Shown here piece after piece: positions 1 through 9,674 of a stretch of DNA of 64,000 nucleotides. How positions within the stretch are numbered: the stretch's first letter is position 1; each line of letters opens with the position of its first letter. The DNA is from Desulfobacterales bacterium (GTDB taxonomy: Bacteria; Desulfobacterota; Desulfobacteria; Desulfobacterales; UBA2174). The notes below the pieces were generated by a model that was given only the letters and a program-made list of their open reading frames with translations, was not told where the DNA came from and made no database searches. The stretch covers positions 426,262 through 490,261 of the forward strand of contig CAXXWC010000010.1 of assembly GCA_963668645.2 (NCBI GenBank). Direction: 5' to 3'. A program made the position numbers and the translations under genes.

Positions 1-513
1 ACTGTCGGCGCCCGAGTAGAGGGAAGGGGCTGGTCAGAAGAAAACGTGTCTGAGATCTTTGTCCCATACCAGTGCTACCAGGCTCATGCGGTGGAAGTCG
101 AGGTGGATGTGGAAACCGGTGGGGTGGATGTCGTCAACATCACCAATGTATCGGATGTCGGCAAGGTGATCCGACCCGAATCGGTCCACGGCCAACTATA
201 CGGCGGAGACACCATGGGGTTGGAACGGGGGCTCACCCAGGACGCTATTTACGATCCGGCGACCGGCGTCATGTTAAACGGCGACTTTATCTACGGACCA
301 GTCGCGTCGATGGGCGAAATCAACAACGTTCAGACGCATGCCCTGGAGATCGGACACGCTCCGGGGCCCTACGGTCTGGTCGGTGTCGGAGAGTCGACCG
401 CCAATCTGCTGTTTTGTGCCATCAACAGCGCCGTTTACAACGCCATTGGGAAATGGATCGATGAGTATCCGCTTACCCCAGACAAGATCCTTGCTGCTCT
501 GGGCAAGGCATAG
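1..513 (+). CDS. Xanthine dehydrogenase/aldehyde oxidoreductase family molybdopterin-binding subunit, C-terminal part (5' end outside window)
   Basis: Frame is open back to base 1. Motifs AVEVEVDVETG, DVGKVIRPESVHGQLYGG, GPYGLVGVGE and AINSAVYNAIGKWIDEYPLTPDKIL are typical of XdhA/CoxL C-termini. Confidence 0.9.
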   Translation, partial: TVGARVEGRGWSEENVSEIFVPYQCYQAHAVEVEVDVETGGVDVVNITNVSDVGKVIRPESVHGQLYGGDTMGLERGLTQDAIYDPATGVMLNGDFIYGPVASMGEINNVQTHALEIGHAPGPYGLVGVGESTANLLFCAINSAVYNAIGKWIDEYPLTPDKILAALGKA

Positions 514-523
514 GAGATAGAAG

Positions 524-2860
524 ATGAAAAAATTCAGATATTTTAATGCAGCGACAGCACAAGATGCGGTTTCTGTTCTGAATCAGTACAAGGGAGTGTC
601 AAAAATTATCGCCGGCGGAACGGACGTATTGGGCCAAATTAAAGATGAAATTCTTCCCGATTATCCGCAGGCCTTGGTGAACCTGAAGACAATCCCGGAT
701 CTTGACTACATCAAGGAAGAAGGCAAAACACTGAAGATCGGGCCCCTAACCCGGTTAGCCGACATCGCTGAAAACAAGACGATAAAGGAAAAATACACCG
801 CTCTTGCCGAGGCGGCCCATCGAACGGCCTCCCCATCCATTCGGGAGATGGGTACGATCGCCGGCAATATCTGTCAAAGCACTCGCTGCTGGTATTACTG
901 GAACCCGGACAATCGTTTCGACTGCATGCGGAAGGGGGGCAGCGTCTGCTATGCCATGCTCGGCGAAGGAAGATATCATTCGATTTTCGGCGGCATGAGC
1001 GTGACAACACCACCTTGTGCGTCAAAATGTCCTGCTGGAACTGATATTCCGTCCTATCTGGCCAAGATCCGGGAAGGAGAATTCGACGAAGCGGCCGAAA
1101 TCCTGCTCGACTACAATCCACTGCCGTCCATCACCGGAAGGGTCTGCCCCCACTTTTGTGAAGGCTCGTGCAACCGAAACGATTTTGACGAGGCGGTTTC
1201 TGTAAACGCCGTTGAACGGTTCATGGGCGACTATATTCTCGATCATGCGGACCAGTTCTACAAGAAGCCCGAAACCGAGAAGAACAAGAAGGTAGCCATT
1301 GTGGGATCGGGGCCTGCGGGTTTGTCGGCAGCTTATTTTCTCCGGAGACTTGGTTACGGCGTGATGATTTTTGAGGAAATGGAGAAGCCAGGCGGAATGC
1401 TCTCTTACGGCATTCCGCCTTACAGACTGCCAAAGGACGTCGTTCAAAAACAGGTCGAAGCCCTCAAGGATACCGGGATTTCTTTGAAGCTGGGAGCCGC
1501 AGTTGGAAAAAACATCGATGTAGCCGCAATTATAAAGGATTTTGACGCTGTGTTTCTTGCCGGCGGTGCCTGGAAGCAAAGACCGTCAGGAGTCGAGGGA
1601 GAATCTTCGATGCTGTCGGGGTTCGATTTTTTGAAGTCGTTTAATTCGGGAAGCCGGGACGTTCCCTGGAAAAAGGTGGCTGTAATCGGAGGCGGCAACG
1701 TCGCCATGGATGTGGCCAGAACGCTTTTGCGGATGGGCGTTGAACCGGTGGTCGTCTATCGGCGAACCGAAGCCGAGATGCCGGCCGTACGGGAAGAAAT
1801 CGAGAAGGCCAAGGAGGAAAACATTCGATTCGATTTTCTGACCCAGCCGGTCAAATCTGCCAAAAATGGAAGCGGTGTGGTGCTGACCTGTATGAAGATG
1901 GAGCTTGGCGAACCGGACAAATCCGGCAGGCCGCGTCCGGTTCCCGTGGAGGGCTCCGAGTTCGACTGCGAATACGATGCCGTCTTTACGGCCATCGGTG
2001 AACTGCCAGACACAAAAGGACTGCCCGAAGAGTTTATCAGCCCAAAAGGATGGATAAAGACAGATCCATCCGACTGTTCGGTGGCAAAAAACGTTTTTGC
2101 AGGAGGCGATTTTGTTAGCGGACCGTCGACGGTCGTTCAGGCGATCGCGTCGGGTCGCAAAGCCGCAGACGCCATCAATTCGTTTCTGGGTGGAGACAAA
2201 CCGGAAAAGACCCCTGCCGAAAGTCTGCCGGGAAGGTCCTTTGATCCTTCCTGCTTTCAAAAGAGTAAGGCAGCCAGATTCGAAGAGCTTTCCATTTCCG
2301 AAAGGATCAAGAGTGTCGATGTCGAGGAAGCGGCCGGATTAAAGGTGGATGAGGCCTGTGGCGAGGCAAACAGATGCATGAACTGCTCCTGCCTGGCTGT
2401 AAACAATTCGGATATCGCACCGGCGCTGATCGCACTGGATGCCAAAATCCAGACTACCCGAAGAACTATCGAGGCAGAGAATTTTTTCACCGCCGGAATC
2501 GAAAAATCGACGGTACTGGAAGACGATGAACTGGTAACCGAAATCCAGGTGCCGGCCGGTTCCTTCAAAAGCAGTTTTCTCAAGTTTGCCCTGAGAAAAT
2601 CGATCGACTTTCCGATCGTCAATTGCGCTGTCATGGTCGACCAGGATCGGAACGCGCGAATTTGTATCAATTCAGTCTACAACATCCCATGCAGGGCTAC
2701 AGACGCTGAGAAGGTCATAACCGGAAAAGAGATCGACAAAAAATGGGCAGAGGCTGCGGCAGATACGGCCGTTGGCGGCAACGTTGAATTTCCCAAAAGC
2801 CGGTATAAGGTGCAGATCGCTAGGGCATTAGTGAAACGGGCTCTGCTGGCCTGCAAGTAA
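524..2860 (+). CDS. FAD-binding subunit of Mo-hydroxylase (PaoB/HcrB-like) with an inserted GltD/dihydropyrimidine-dehydrogenase-like Fe-S flavoprotein module
   Basis: RBS GGAG. N-terminus has IAGGTDVL and MGTIAGNICQ..RCWYY..C..KGG..C. The middle has CxxxCP, GRVCPHFCEGSC, GSGPAG, GGGNVAMD and FAGGD. The C-terminus has SDIAPALIAL and KFALRKSIDFP. Confidence 0.88.
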   Translation: MKKFRYFNAATAQDAVSVLNQYKGVSKIIAGGTDVLGQIKDEILPDYPQALVNLKTIPDLDYIKEEGKTLKIGPLTRLADIAENKTIKEKYTALAEAAHRTASPSIREMGTIAGNICQSTRCWYYWNPDNRFDCMRKGGSVCYAMLGEGRYHSIFGGMSVTTPPCASKCPAGTDIPSYLAKIREGEFDEAAEILLDYNPLPSITGRVCPHFCEGSCNRNDFDEAVSVNAVERFMGDYILDHADQFYKKPETEKNKKVAIVGSGPAGLSAAYFLRRLGYGVMIFEEMEKPGGMLSYGIPPYRLPKDVVQKQVEALKDTGISLKLGAAVGKNIDVAAIIKDFDAVFLAGGAWKQRPSGVEGESSMLSGFDFLKSFNSGSRDVPWKKVAVIGGGNVAMDVARTLLRMGVEPVVVYRRTEAEMPAVREEIEKAKEENIRFDFLTQPVKSAKNGSGVVLTCMKMELGEPDKSGRPRPVPVEGSEFDCEYDAVFTAIGELPDTKGLPEEFISPKGWIKTDPSDCSVAKNVFAGGDFVSGPSTVVQAIASGRKAADAINSFLGGDKPEKTPAESLPGRSFDPSCFQKSKAARFEELSISERIKSVDVEEAAGLKVDEACGEANRCMNCSCLAVNNSDIAPALIALDAKIQTTRRTIEAENFFTAGIEKSTVLEDDELVTEIQVPAGSFKSSFLKFALRKSIDFPIVNCAVMVDQDRNARICINSVYNIPCRATDAEKVITGKEIDKKWAEAAADTAVGGNVEFPKSRYKVQIARALVKRALLACK

Positions 2861-2903
2861 TTCAGCACGGATCATTTGAACCGAATAGCAAAAAAGGGTA
2901 GCC

Positions 2904-3953
2904 ATGACCGTGTCAAATAGCTGGCGCAAGGCGTATGGGCAGTTACAGGTGTATATTTCAAAAAACAGCGACATTGCAATCGATGCCGGATCTGTCGCGA
3001 TTGCCGAGGATTTTCGCGCCGATTTCTATAGGTTGTTTGACACGGTCAGAACCCTGGTGGTGAAGGAGTATTTTCCGGATCTGCTTGAAGAATCTGAATT
3101 GTTGAGCAGACAATATGTGAAAGCCGAAAAAGATGTTTTTGAAACCTGCGGGATTGAAAGTATAGTTACCGATACGGGGCTTGGAAAATTTCTTCATCAT
3201 CCAGCAAGCGGCCTATCCCGCAGGTTGTTTGATCCGCTGTTTGATTTATTGAAAAGCAAGATCACCACGGAAGATTTTGAATCGGGTTTGTCAAAAACTA
3301 TCGAAGAGACATTCGATCTGTATTATCGAGTCGGTTACCAAAGATGGGTTCAACTGTCGATGGTTACGATGCTTGAAGCCGATAGCTTTTTTGAGGTCAC
3401 GCTTCGCAAACCCGGGTCCAAAGAGATCATAAAGCAGACACCCTCCTTGGAGAACGTTCCATCTCCGGTAAAAACAAACCGGCTGTCGTTCAAGCAGGAC
3501 TCGGCTCCTATATTTGTCGTTCCGGATTTTATCTTCCGTTCAGGAAGAAAAAACCGTTACGTAGCCGTACGATCCGCCCTCACAGGCGCCTTGCGAAACG
3601 CCTCCAGTACCAGTGAAAAAAGGGAGTGGTATCCGGTTAAATCCATTCCGGAATTTGATCCGGATGCCATTTTTATCTATGTGGGCCAAAGCCCAAAGGA
3701 GATTTCGCTGGTGGCGGACATGACGAAAATTTGCAGACCGGACCTGATACTCTTTTGTCGGGAGAAGAAGAACTGGTTTGAAAAAAATGGGTCAGAAAAA
3801 TTCAAAAAAATCACCGACGGACTCAAACCCAAGTCCGGAATCTATGTAATCTCAAGAGACGACATTGTACCCAGAAGTAAAATCGAGAATGTTACACTTT
3901 TATCTGTTGGATTAGATAAGATCCGGCTATCTGCCATTTCAGACGCGATTTAA
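2904..3953 (+). CDS. Hypothetical protein (349 aa)
   Basis: Long ORF directly after the Mo-enzyme genes, purine-rich RBS, no family recognised. Confidence 0.7.
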   Translation: MTVSNSWRKAYGQLQVYISKNSDIAIDAGSVAIAEDFRADFYRLFDTVRTLVVKEYFPDLLEESELLSRQYVKAEKDVFETCGIESIVTDTGLGKFLHHPASGLSRRLFDPLFDLLKSKITTEDFESGLSKTIEETFDLYYRVGYQRWVQLSMVTMLEADSFFEVTLRKPGSKEIIKQTPSLENVPSPVKTNRLSFKQDSAPIFVVPDFIFRSGRKNRYVAVRSALTGALRNASSTSEKREWYPVKSIPEFDPDAIFIYVGQSPKEISLVADMTKICRPDLILFCREKKNWFEKNGSEKFKKITDGLKPKSGIYVISRDDIVPRSKIENVTLLSVGLDKIRLSAISDAI

Positions 3954-4074
3954 AATTTCAGGCATTGGATTTTTTATTTTTTAAGCACAATACGCGCATC
4001 CGGTCGTTTCCCCAGTCTGTTTTCTAACGAGGTCCGATCAACGGAGCCGATTTGATTCGAAAAGTAAACAACTT

Positions 4075-4186
4075 TGACTCGTTCGTAAAAAGTCGGATTT
4101 TTGAATTTCCGCCGCTGTAACTTATTGAAATCATTCGGCCTAAAATCTGGAAGTTGCCGTTTTTCAGACTTTTTACGAGAGAGTCA
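4075..4186. repeat. MITE-like element of about 112 bp with 20-bp terminal inverted repeats
   Basis: TGACTCGTTCGTAAAAAGTC (4075-4094) matches the reverse complement of GACTTTTTACGAGAGAGTCA (4167-4186) at 18/20 positions. Non-coding and intergenic. Confidence 0.7.
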
Positions 4187-4309
4187 GTTTTGACTCAAGC
4201 ATTGAACTTGGCAGGTTTACTTCGATAACACCCGATGTTCGATGGCTTCGCAATGCGGGATCGAGAGACAAACGGAAATCTTGGACACGAAAGCAGGAGG
4301 AGAATCGCG

Positions 4310-5269
4310 ATGGAAGCTTGGAGCCTGAATACACTGTTTATTTGTTTTGGCGGAGGAATTGTCGGAACCGCTTTGGGGGGGCTGTTTTCCTTTGTCGCCT
4401 GCGGTTTCATCGTCATCCTGGGCTGTGCAGTGGTGCTGACCGGGGGGCCTGATTTTATCCTTTTGCAAATCGGCCTCGGACCTGGTTTCGGTCCTCATGT
4501 GGGCGGATTTACGGCCGCCTGCGTGGCCGGAACCTATGCGGCCGGGGTAAAAAAGAATCATCCGGGCGGGGCGGGAAAAGATATCCTCTCCCCGCTCATG
4601 GAAAGCTCCTGGGACGTATTGCTTGTGGGCGGAATCGCTGCCTTGATCGGCCACGCAATGCTGCAATTGTTGATTAAAATTCCGGTCATCAACATGGCCG
4701 ACTGTGTTGCACTGACCGTGATGATTCTCTCTTTGGGCGCCCGTTTGCTGTTCCAACAGGAAATGCCCTGGGGAAACATGGAGTCCATCAGAAAGACGGG
4801 ATATCTGAAGCCCTGCCCGGACCGCTGGTGCCCCTGGAACGCGACTTGGGGAAGGATCGTAATGCTGGGCCTCGGGGTCGGCCTGTTTTCCGGTGCCATT
4901 GCGATGGGAGCACAGCAATTGTTGGCACCCCTGGTTGAAAAAGGAACGGTTTCACCCACCGCGGCCTTCATTGTACCGTTGATCACCGGATGGGCATTGG
5001 GGGCCATCAGCCTGGTCGGGTTGAATTTCGGGACCGGTCAGATTCAGAAATTTCCAATTACCCACTGCCAAGCAATCCTCGGCGCATTGTCGTATCTGCT
5101 GTTCGGGTCCCTCGCGGTGTCTGGCATCGTCGGCATCCTTGCCGGCGCGCTGCAGGAGCTTATGGCCCGCATGTTCTGGAACCACGGCAGCAATCATGTG
5201 GATCCGCCGGCCTGCGGAATCGCCATCGGCACGCTTCTTCTCAACAGCGTCAAATTTCTAATCGGATAG
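4310..5269 (+). CDS. Multi-pass membrane protein, putative permease
   Basis: AGGAGG RBS before ATG 4310. Many Gly-rich hydrophobic segments, with FGPHVGGF and HVDPPA motifs. Confidence 0.75.
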   Translation: MEAWSLNTLFICFGGGIVGTALGGLFSFVACGFIVILGCAVVLTGGPDFILLQIGLGPGFGPHVGGFTAACVAGTYAAGVKKNHPGGAGKDILSPLMESSWDVLLVGGIAALIGHAMLQLLIKIPVINMADCVALTVMILSLGARLLFQQEMPWGNMESIRKTGYLKPCPDRWCPWNATWGRIVMLGLGVGLFSGAIAMGAQQLLAPLVEKGTVSPTAAFIVPLITGWALGAISLVGLNFGTGQIQKFPITHCQAILGALSYLLFGSLAVSGIVGILAGALQELMARMFWNHGSNHVDPPACGIAIGTLLLNSVKFLIG

Positions 5270-5445
5270 CCGTTTTTGTGCAACAAACCCAACATATGGA
5301 GATTGGAAAATTTAGTGGACCGAAGCGCACCGCAACCGACCCCGTGAGGAACTGCCCGGTGCATCAATAAATGTGAAAAATGGCGGCAGAAGGGGCTATC
5401 CATGCGCCTTCTGCCCGCCTTCGAAAAAAACTGGTGAAGGACTGG

Positions 5446-6417
5446 ATGAAAATTGAAACAGCAAAAGGAAGGATAAAGCCGGTGGCACAACAAAATTCAG
5501 GAACGAAAAAGGCCCTGGACAAGTGCATGAGCCTTCAAGAGGCCATTTCCCGCTTCGTCCACGATCAGGACAAGATTTCTTTTGGCGGCATGGGTGGAAT
5601 TCAGTCGGTGGCCCCAACCTATGAAATTATTCGTCAGGGACAAAAGGAATTGACGTTGATCGGAGACAGCCCCTGCGAATGCGCAGATCTGTTTATCGGA
5701 ACCGGGCGCCTGAAACGGGTCGAAGTTGCGTGGATCGCCTATGCCATCGCCGGAATCAGTCCATGCTACCGGCGGGCTGTGGAAAAACAGATCCCCCGGC
5801 CGATCGAAGTGGTCGAATTTTCCAATTTTACTATGGGGATGCGCTTTTTAGCTGGCGCCATGGGGATTCCTTTCATGCCGACCAAGTCCCTGCGTGGGTC
5901 ATCGATCGAGGAGTTCAATGACATGATCAAGGTTGTCGACGACCCATACAGCAACCGGAAAATAACATTGGTACCAGCCGCCAATCCGGATGTGGCGATC
6001 ATCCATGCCAACCGGGCGGACCGATACGGAAACACCCAGTTTCTCGGATTCTCGTCCAATGCCGAAAATATCGCCAGAGCCGCCAAACATACCATCATCA
6101 CCTGCGAGGAAATCGTTTCCGTGGATGAAATCCGTGAAGCATCGTTTTTGACAAGCATTCCGCAGTATGTGGTCGATGCCGTGGTGGAAGTCCCGTTCGG
6201 AACCCATCCATGGAACATGCCCTATGCCATGGCTTACGATATTCCCTTTCATATGAATATGATGTCGCGGATTGCCACAGAGGAAGGATTTAACGAGTGG
6301 ATACAGGAATGGGCGTTCGGCTGCAAAAATCATGACGACTACTGCGCCAAGGTCGGCTGGAATCGTCTGATGAAACTGAACCGTCTGGAAAAGAAATTTT
6401 GCCGCAGCAGATTTTAG
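5446..6417 (+). CDS. Family I CoA-transferase subunit A (glutaconate CoA-transferase GctA-like)
   Basis: MSLQEAISRFVHDQDKISFGG, RFLAGAMGIPFMPTKSLRGS, PDVAIIHANRADRYGN, IITCEEIV, VDAVVEVPFGTHP. Start is uncertain. Confidence 0.9.
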   Translation: MKIETAKGRIKPVAQQNSGTKKALDKCMSLQEAISRFVHDQDKISFGGMGGIQSVAPTYEIIRQGQKELTLIGDSPCECADLFIGTGRLKRVEVAWIAYAIAGISPCYRRAVEKQIPRPIEVVEFSNFTMGMRFLAGAMGIPFMPTKSLRGSSIEEFNDMIKVVDDPYSNRKITLVPAANPDVAIIHANRADRYGNTQFLGFSSNAENIARAAKHTIITCEEIVSVDEIREASFLTSIPQYVVDAVVEVPFGTHPWNMPYAMAYDIPFHMNMMSRIATEEGFNEWIQEWAFGCKNHDDYCAKVGWNRLMKLNRLEKKFCRSRF

Positions 6418-6469
6418 CGTCGAAATACGAACCCGACAAACGCGTCTGAGCATATCGAAAGGAGACACA

Positions 6470-7327
6470 ATGCAAAGCACCGGTGATTACAGCCTGCAGG
6501 AACTGATGGTTGTGGCTGCGGCGAGGGAAATACAAGAAAGCGAAGTGGTCTTTGTGGGCGTAGGAATTCCATGCCTAGGGGCATTGGTGGCAAAACTGAC
6601 CCATGCCCCCAATGTTATATTGGCGGTTGAATCGGGCTGTATCGGCCCCCTGCCGAACCGATTGATGCTCGGTATCGGAGACAATTCCTGCGTGGAAAAT
6701 GCGATATCGACGACATCTTTATGGCGCACCTTTGCCGATCAACAGAGAGGATATTTTGATCTTGGCATGCTCGGCGGTGCCCAAGTGGACAAATACGGAA
6801 ACTTAAACAGTACCGCAATTTTTGCCGGGGGAAACTATCAAAAACCACGTGTACGGCTGCCGGGAAGCGGCGGGGCAAACGATATCGCCTGTTCGGCCAA
6901 AAGAACCCTGATCATGATGGATCAGCAAAAACGGCGGTTTCTTGAAAAAGTGGACTACATCACTTCGCCCGGCTATCTGGACGGGCCCGGTGCAAGGCAG
7001 AAATACGGATATACCGGTGACGGTCCGTCGGTGATTATCACCAACATGGGAATTTTCCGCTTCGATGAGGAAACCAAAGAAGCCTATCTGGATTCGGTGC
7101 ATCCCGGGCTCGATGTGGACGAGGTCGCCGCCGAGGTCAGCTGGGACCTGAAAGTAGCGTCCGATGTAAAGATGACCTCACCGCCTAGCGCTGAGGAAGT
7201 TGAGATTATCAGAACGTTGGACGAGATGAAGATCTACACTGGAAGTGGCCTACAAAACCTTGGCTTTGAAGAGTATATCCGCAGCCTTGAAAGCTCTCAG
7301 CGCAAGCTAAAGGAGATGTTTGCATAG
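6470..7327 (+). CDS. Family I CoA-transferase subunit B (GctB-like)
   Basis: AAAREI..VFVGVGIP, AVESG (catalytic Glu region), LGGAQVDKYGNLNST, LPGSGGANDI, VDYITSPG. RBS AAGGAG. Confidence 0.9.
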   Translation: MQSTGDYSLQELMVVAAAREIQESEVVFVGVGIPCLGALVAKLTHAPNVILAVESGCIGPLPNRLMLGIGDNSCVENAISTTSLWRTFADQQRGYFDLGMLGGAQVDKYGNLNSTAIFAGGNYQKPRVRLPGSGGANDIACSAKRTLIMMDQQKRRFLEKVDYITSPGYLDGPGARQKYGYTGDGPSVIITNMGIFRFDEETKEAYLDSVHPGLDVDEVAAEVSWDLKVASDVKMTSPPSAEEVEIIRTLDEMKIYTGSGLQNLGFEEYIRSLESSQRKLKEMFA

Positions 7328-7363
7328 AAGAATGATTGCGGCCGATTGCAATAGAAAAAGGGC

Positions 7364-7771
7364 GTGATCATACTGGCAGCCGGGACCGCCGACATGCCCG
7401 CAGCCGAAGAGGCCGCCATTACAGTTGAATTGATGGGAAATGAGGCCGAAAAAATTTATGACGTGGGGGTGACCGGGCTGCACCGGCTGCTTGATGTGCT
7501 GCCCGCAATCCAGAGGGCGAATGTCCTTGTGGTGGTTGCAGGGATGGAAGGTGCGCTACCCAGCGTCGTCGGCGGACTTGTTTCGGCCCCAATCATCGCG
7601 CTGCCGACATCTGTCGGCTACGGAACCGGGATGGGCGGGCTCTCTGCGCTGCTGGGCATGTTGAACTCCTGTTCGGCCGGACTTGCCGTTGTCAACATCG
7701 ATAACGGTTTCGGAGCAGGCTGTATGGCGGCAAGAATCAACGCGTTGGCTCAAAAAGAGAATGCGGCGTGA
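7364..7771 (+). CDS. larB: LarB-like (AIR carboxylase fold) protein, C-terminal domain only
   Basis: [49 protein letters not shown] and VNIDNGFGA are LarB motifs. The usual N-terminal portion is absent. Confidence 0.8.
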   Translation: MIILAAGTADMPAAEEAAITVELMGNEAEKIYDVGVTGLHRLLDVLPAIQRANVLVVVAGMEGALPSVVGGLVSAPIIALPTSVGYGTGMGGLSALLGMLNSCSAGLAVVNIDNGFGAGCMAARINALAQKENAA

Positions 7772-8769
7772 ATAGCGGAAGATTATTCCATGAACCGTTT
7801 GGTGAGACCTATAGATCGGCACAGAAGATGATCGGATATTTTGATTTGCCTTCAGGTATTTCCGGAGACATGTGCCTGGGATGTCTTTTAGATGTTGGAT
7901 GGAGCATCGATCGGCTGCGCAATGTGATTTCAAAACTTGGCCTGCCCGACGGACAATGGTCGGTTGAATCCAGGCAGGTCCGCAAAGGGACCCTGCGTGC
8001 GACGATGGCCGAAGTGTGTGTGAGCGATTGTGCAAAGAAAGGTCCGTGCGGCTGGCACGATCATGACGGGGAGAACGGAAAGCAACCGAATGGAAGAAAA
8101 AACGACGGACCGCATCCGGTTCACCGGAATTTGCCGGATGTGCTTGAGCTGATCAACAGCGCGGATCTTCCCGATCCAATTAAAGAGAAATCATCGGCTG
8201 TGTTTGAACGGCTGGCAAGAGCGGAAGCCAAAGTGCACGGCGTTCGCATAGAAGAAATCCATTTTCATGAGGTCGGGTCCCTTGATGCGATAATCGACAT
8301 TGTCGGAACGGTGACCGGGATTTATGAGATTGGCATCAAAAAGCTCTATGCTTCGGAATTGCCGCTGGGCCGCGGCTGGGTAACCGCCCAGCACGGAAAG
8401 ATTCCGCTTCCGTCGCCGGCAACGATGGAACTGCTGGCGGAGGCAAAAGCGCCTACCCGCTGTGCGCCGGGTGACGGCGAACTGGTCACGCCCACAGGGG
8501 CCGCGCTGATATGCGAATTGGCGGAGTTTGGACAGAAAAACATGATTATTGAAAAAATCGGTGTTGGCGCCGGACAGAAAGATTTCCCATGGCCGAACGT
8601 AGCCCGGCTGTGGCTTGGGAGAAAAAAGAATTTTATCCAAAGCAATCAGAAAAAGTTTTGTTTTGAGAAGAACGAAGGAGAGCGTTTATGGAAATCAATA
8701 GAATCGGTGTGTTCGGTGCCGGGATTATGGGAATGGGAATCGCCCAGGTGGCGGCCACCGGCGGACTGA
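7768..8769 (+). CDS. larC: LarC-like nickel-insertion protein, N-terminal (LarC1) part only
   Basis: [15 protein letters not shown], His-containing linker, [57 protein letters not shown]. Similarity ends there and the ORF runs 82 nt into the next gene. Confidence 0.8.
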   Translation: MNSGRLFHEPFGETYRSAQKMIGYFDLPSGISGDMCLGCLLDVGWSIDRLRNVISKLGLPDGQWSVESRQVRKGTLRATMAEVCVSDCAKKGPCGWHDHDGENGKQPNGRKNDGPHPVHRNLPDVLELINSADLPDPIKEKSSAVFERLARAEAKVHGVRIEEIHFHEVGSLDAIIDIVGTVTGIYEIGIKKLYASELPLGRGWVTAQHGKIPLPSPATMELLAEAKAPTRCAPGDGELVTPTGAALICELAEFGQKNMIIEKIGVGAGQKDFPWPNVARLWLGRKKNFIQSNQKKFCFEKNEGERLWKSIESVCSVPGLWEWESPRWRPPAD

Positions 8770-9548
8770 CCGTGATTGTCCGGGATGTGGAAGAAGAATT
8801 TGTCCAAAAAGGGCTGACGGTTTTAAAAAATAATCTTAGCCGGTTGGTTAAAAAAGAAAGGATCAGCGAAGAAGAAGCCGGTGCCATCCAGGCCAGGGTG
8901 TCGGGAACGGTGGATTCGAAAAAGGCAGCCACGGATGCGGATTTGGTTATCGAGGCCATCGTTGAAAAAATGGATGTTAAAAAGGCGGTCTTCAAAGAAC
9001 TCGACGGTATCTGCCCGCAGCACACCATCATCGCCTCCAACACTTCCGGGCTTTCCATCACTGAAATGGCTTCGGTGACCAGCAGACCGGACAAGGTGAT
9101 CGGGATGCATTTCTTCAATCCGGTGCCGGTGATGAAGCTGGTGGAATTGATTCGTGGATTTGTCACAAGCCAAGAGACGCTGGATGTGTGCCGGCAGTTG
9201 GTCCAAAAACTGGACAAAACTGCCGTGGAGGTACGAGAAGCCCCCGGATTCGCAGTAAATCGTATTCTTTGTCCGATGATCAACGAAGCGATTTTTGCCC
9301 TGTCCGAGGGTGTTGCCGGAGCAGAAGACATCGATCGGGCCATGATGATGGGCGCTAACCATCCGATCGGGCCACTGGCATTGGCGGACATGGTGGGTCT
9401 GGACACCTTGCTGTTCGTTATGGAAGGGCTTCACAAAGAGATGGGAGACGACAAATACCGCCCGGCGCCTCTGCTCCGAAAAATGGTGCGCGCCGGGCAC
9501 CTCGGCAGAAAAAGCGGAAAGGGCTTTTTGTGCCAGACCGAATTATAG
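8688..9548 (+). CDS. hbd: 3-hydroxybutyryl-CoA dehydrogenase
   Basis: [78 protein letters not shown]. Confidence 0.93.
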   Translation: MEINRIGVFGAGIMGMGIAQVAATGGLTVIVRDVEEEFVQKGLTVLKNNLSRLVKKERISEEEAGAIQARVSGTVDSKKAATDADLVIEAIVEKMDVKKAVFKELDGICPQHTIIASNTSGLSITEMASVTSRPDKVIGMHFFNPVPVMKLVELIRGFVTSQETLDVCRQLVQKLDKTAVEVREAPGFAVNRILCPMINEAIFALSEGVAGAEDIDRAMMMGANHPIGPLALADMVGLDTLLFVMEGLHKEMGDDKYRPAPLLRKMVRAGHLGRKSGKGFLCQTEL

Positions 9549-9674
9549 ATCTGGGGCTGGTTGAAAACCGGAATCAAGTTTCACGTACTTTTTAAAGAGC
9601 TTGCCTTGTGAACCATCTCATTTGTCCGGAGGTGGCGTGGTGCGCTCCGAGTGTAAAGGCGAAGGAGGGAAACA

